A stretch of DNA of 64,000 nt, from NCBI GenBank assembly GCA_976226885.1, contig OZ320314.1, forward strand, positions 34,162,001 through 34,226,000, in the 5' to 3' direction. Source of the stretch: Iphione sp. A-MEVVRFRX5 (taxonomy: Eukaryota). A model generated the notes under the pieces. It worked only from the letters and a program-made list of their open reading frames with translations. It was not told the origin of the DNA and did not search any database. Numbering within the stretch: the stretch's first letter is position 1; every line of letters begins with the position of its first letter. Positions 60,590 to 64,000 of this stretch are shown one piece after another. The translations under genes were made by a program, and so were the position numbers.

Positions 60590-62262
60590 GCCGTTGTTTC
60601 GGGTGTTCAAGAGTACTCCTCTTACTGTTTCCCGTAAAAAAGTAATTATATTTCAAGTAGATAGCACACAGGGAGGCGTACAGGGAACGGCCTGTCTTTT
60701 CATTGTCTGGGAAGCAATAAGAGCTTTTCCAAAATGTCTGCATCTGTGAAGCCGACTGCAACACAGCCAATATTATCCCGCCCGCCTTGAATCACACCAT
60801 TACGTTAACTGTCAAGAAGAAACCGGATTAGCTCGCGGGTCAAATACTAGACCTAGACGTGACGCCAAAAACTAGAGCAGGCGCACAGGAAGCTCAAGCA
60901 CTGAAATGAGAATTCAATTCAGATACACACACTCAGTGCAACAAGGACACCAATTTAGTCCATACCGACATAGCTAGATGACATTATTTGTGATCGTTGT
61001 GGTGTGAAATCAAACCGAAATGCTTCAGACTGATAATGAAAGTCGAGATGCCCTGCTTTGGTTGTGCGTGGGTAGCTGACGCCGCCGACTATTTATATAA
61101 CCATATGTTTCCTTGGGGCGACGGTGCGTCCAATAGTCATCTGGGATCTACAGGAAGGAGGAGTAGATTTACTCTGTATTTCGAATGTGATTTGGGTCAA
61201 AGGTGAGAGAGAAGATCAAGTAGGTTGAAATGCTCTTGTGTTTTCTCCTATTGTTAGCTGTTGTTAAGGGCCGTCATCTCTCCGCATTCTTCCAGTTATC
61301 TGATGGAACGAAGAGATTGATGATAATTCCCGAGTTGTGACTGAGAATCCTCTCTATCTGAGCGTGCGTTGATAATGGGATCGATTCGGCGCGGGCTTTT
61401 GTCGGAGGCCGCTGCCTGCCGTCATAAGGACTGGGCGGACCCTGAGGTCTTGGTGGAATTGGCCTATACCCACCCGTTCACCCTCCCACCAGGCTTTACA
61501 TCTCTCCGGAGCCACCCGCCCTGCCGATCCTTTCCACGTCATGTTTCCTCTTGTCGTCGCCCGCTGCCGGTGGTCACCGCCTACTTGTCTCGTCGTCGTC
61601 GTCGTCGGTTGGGGGTGGGGTGGGGGATGGGGGAGACCAGTGGCCGAACAAAGAGCCTCACGTGGTGGAGCGCTTAGTGCTGGCCGTGCGACCAGCGGTT
61701 GGACGGGCCTTTTGTGTCGGCGGCTACCTCAGTGCGTGTTGCCCCGGCTCGGGCGAGCGGCCCACCGCCGACGGCGGCGGCGGTGCGGACGAGGAGGCCG
61801 TCCTGACGGTCGGGTCTAGTCAGCCGCCCATGCCGGGTCAGAGTCGAGCGTCTACACTTGCCTGACCCACTTTAGTCATCGGGACAATGGCGCCGATCCC
61901 TGTCGGTCTCGGCTTTGAAGAGCAGCTCAGGCGCACCGTACCAGTATGACCTCTGTAGGACCGCTACCTTTTTATCAAAATAGCCTCGAACAATGCTGTA
62001 GTAATGGGGAAATGGGATCATGTTATTTACACGCCGATCGTGTGCCCCCCCCCCCCAGGTTACCCATTTTTTCCATTGCCACTTTTGATTGGCAAGCCTG
62101 TAGAATCAATGGAGGTAATTTCCACTGTTGTAGCCTGACAGCCCAATCCTAAAGGAGCAGAGGTCTATTCAACGGATCCGCATCCATATCACCAATGACA
62201 TAAGGGCCCATTCCATATGTTTACAACATGTCATAGAAGGAAGCCCTTTACCCTTGGGGGAA

Positions 62263-62268
<6 letters not shown>

Positions 62269-62340
<72 letters not shown>
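62269..62340. repeat. Compound (GA)n(CAGA)n microsatellite
   Basis: About 21 GA units followed by CAGA units. Confidence 0.95.
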
Positions 62341-64000
62341 CAGAGGCAGGCACAAGGACAGACAGTGACAGACAGAAAGACATACAAAGAGACGGACAAA
62401 CACCGGTGGAGGTGGTGCCGACGGATTGAGAGCACCTGTGAATCTTGGCATGTGCATATGCATGTACATGTACCTCCATACATGAAGAGAACAGTTTGTG
62501 TGTGATCATAGAGGGATTTATTCTCGGGACAATGGGATGGTGTAGAAGGAAGCATGGTTAACTGTGAACATACACCTACGACTGCATACACTGTAATCAT
62601 GTAATAGCTTTTTATAAGCAGACGCATTCATCTTCTCAGAGTGTTTAAAATTAATAGTATTTTGCGGTATTACTTTTTCTTATGCAGTTCCTAAATGGGC
62701 AGTTTTTTTGCTTATCACAGTCACCTCCGCTCATCGGATAAATATGTTTTATTCCCTTATCATTCTCTTTCTTTCTTTATCATGTTTATACATGCATTGT
62801 ATCAGTTATTCAGTCGCACAAAATCTATGGAATCTATAAGTGGAGGATAGACCGTGAGGCTGTCGAGATTTGGACTTCAAGATTAGCCAATATGACGGGA
62901 TGGATGCAGGTTCTGATATCAGATTTTATTAAGGGAGAACCTAATACATGCACCTGTATTTCTCAATCAAAACCCTTTGACAGAAGCCTGGATGCGTGGT
63001 GTTTCCATGTTATTACATACATATGTACATTTTGAATAATACTAGAAGTATGAAATGATCCATGATGTTAGATGCACAGGGACTTAGGCTATGTTTCCAT
63101 GTATGCATGTAAGTGTGCCTATTTGTGCATGTTTCAGTGTATGATTGTTTTGAACAATGATTGACAGAAGGAGTGTATCCATGCATGCGTGTCTGTGCAT
63201 GGCTATGCATAGCTGTGCATGGCTGTGTTTGAAACATGGAATATTTCCCATTCTGCTGTGAAAGACAGGCATGTTTGATGCTTGTATTTTTGAAACACTC
63301 CTTATTACAGGCGTGTAAACATGGAAAACTTATGCCACGGCATGTATACATTGGTTATCAGATTAACAGTAACACACCCTTACATGTTCTCATATGCATA
63401 GACATGCCAACAGACGTACATGGACAACCAGCCTTAAAGGGTTATTAAATGTTTGTGAGCAGCTCGAAGTCAATTTAAATTTTATATTCCCTCCATTCCC
63501 CAGGCACTCCACCAATAACACCGCTGCCTTGGAAAATTATCAGAGAGACGTGTTAGCGACCGAGACCAACCCAATCATAGCAGCGTCTGAAATATATGCT
63601 TCAAGAAGCGGTCGGCGGTCGGGAAGGCACGCAACGAAGTCTTCTATAAACCTAGAAGCCCCCCTCCCCGTTCCCCAATGTCCCCAACCAACCACCAGCA
63701 CTACCACCTTTCATGAAAGTCCACACTTGGCCATCAGCTGGTACAGGTTACCTCTCCGTGCCCAGTGGCCGGGTTCAAGGGAGGGTATGATTTGTTTGGG
63801 GGGATAGGTTCTTTATACGACGGTCGCAGCCCTCCTTAAACCCTCAGGCCGACTGGACAGCTGGACACCACGCTGTCAGCTCGCATCCCGAGGTAGCTCT
63901 GCTTGTGCCACACCCGCTTCATCCAAGGGCGGTCGCCCACCGCCCCAGCTGTCAGCTGATGCAAGGAGACGCCGTGCCATTCACAAGCGCGCCGCTTTGA

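Overview
Eukaryotic animal genomic DNA, probably an invertebrate bilaterian: the ELAV RRM3 end [21 protein letters not shown] looks protostome-like (inference). Two spliced genes can be rebuilt by hand. (1) Minus strand: AGBL4/CCP6 cytosolic carboxypeptidase (tubulin deglutamylase), nine phase-consistent exons from ATG 27446 to 14199. Its C-terminal exons were not found in the window. (2) Plus strand: an ELAV/Hu three-RRM RNA-binding protein, core exons 34154-54319 (339 aa from the Met at 34187), followed by a long U/AU-rich 3' UTR. The genes are head-to-head, as AGBL4 and ELAVL4 are in human. Here, however, candidate ELAV 5' exons (a 126-codon exon at 18730-19107 and a TATA/Inr-driven exon at about 22574-22833) sit inside AGBL4 intron 4, so the two transcription units appear interleaved antisense. 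The ELAV gene looks splice-modular: two tandem-duplicated 154-nt exons for the first half of RRM2 that can only be used one at a time, a candidate 15-nt microexon in RRM2 loop 3, an in-frame alternative acceptor adding 13 aa to RRM1 loop 3, hinge acceptor variants and several possible N-termini. All splice models are read from sequence only, with no transcript data. Positions 1-14000 and 58000-64000 hold no gene I can identify.
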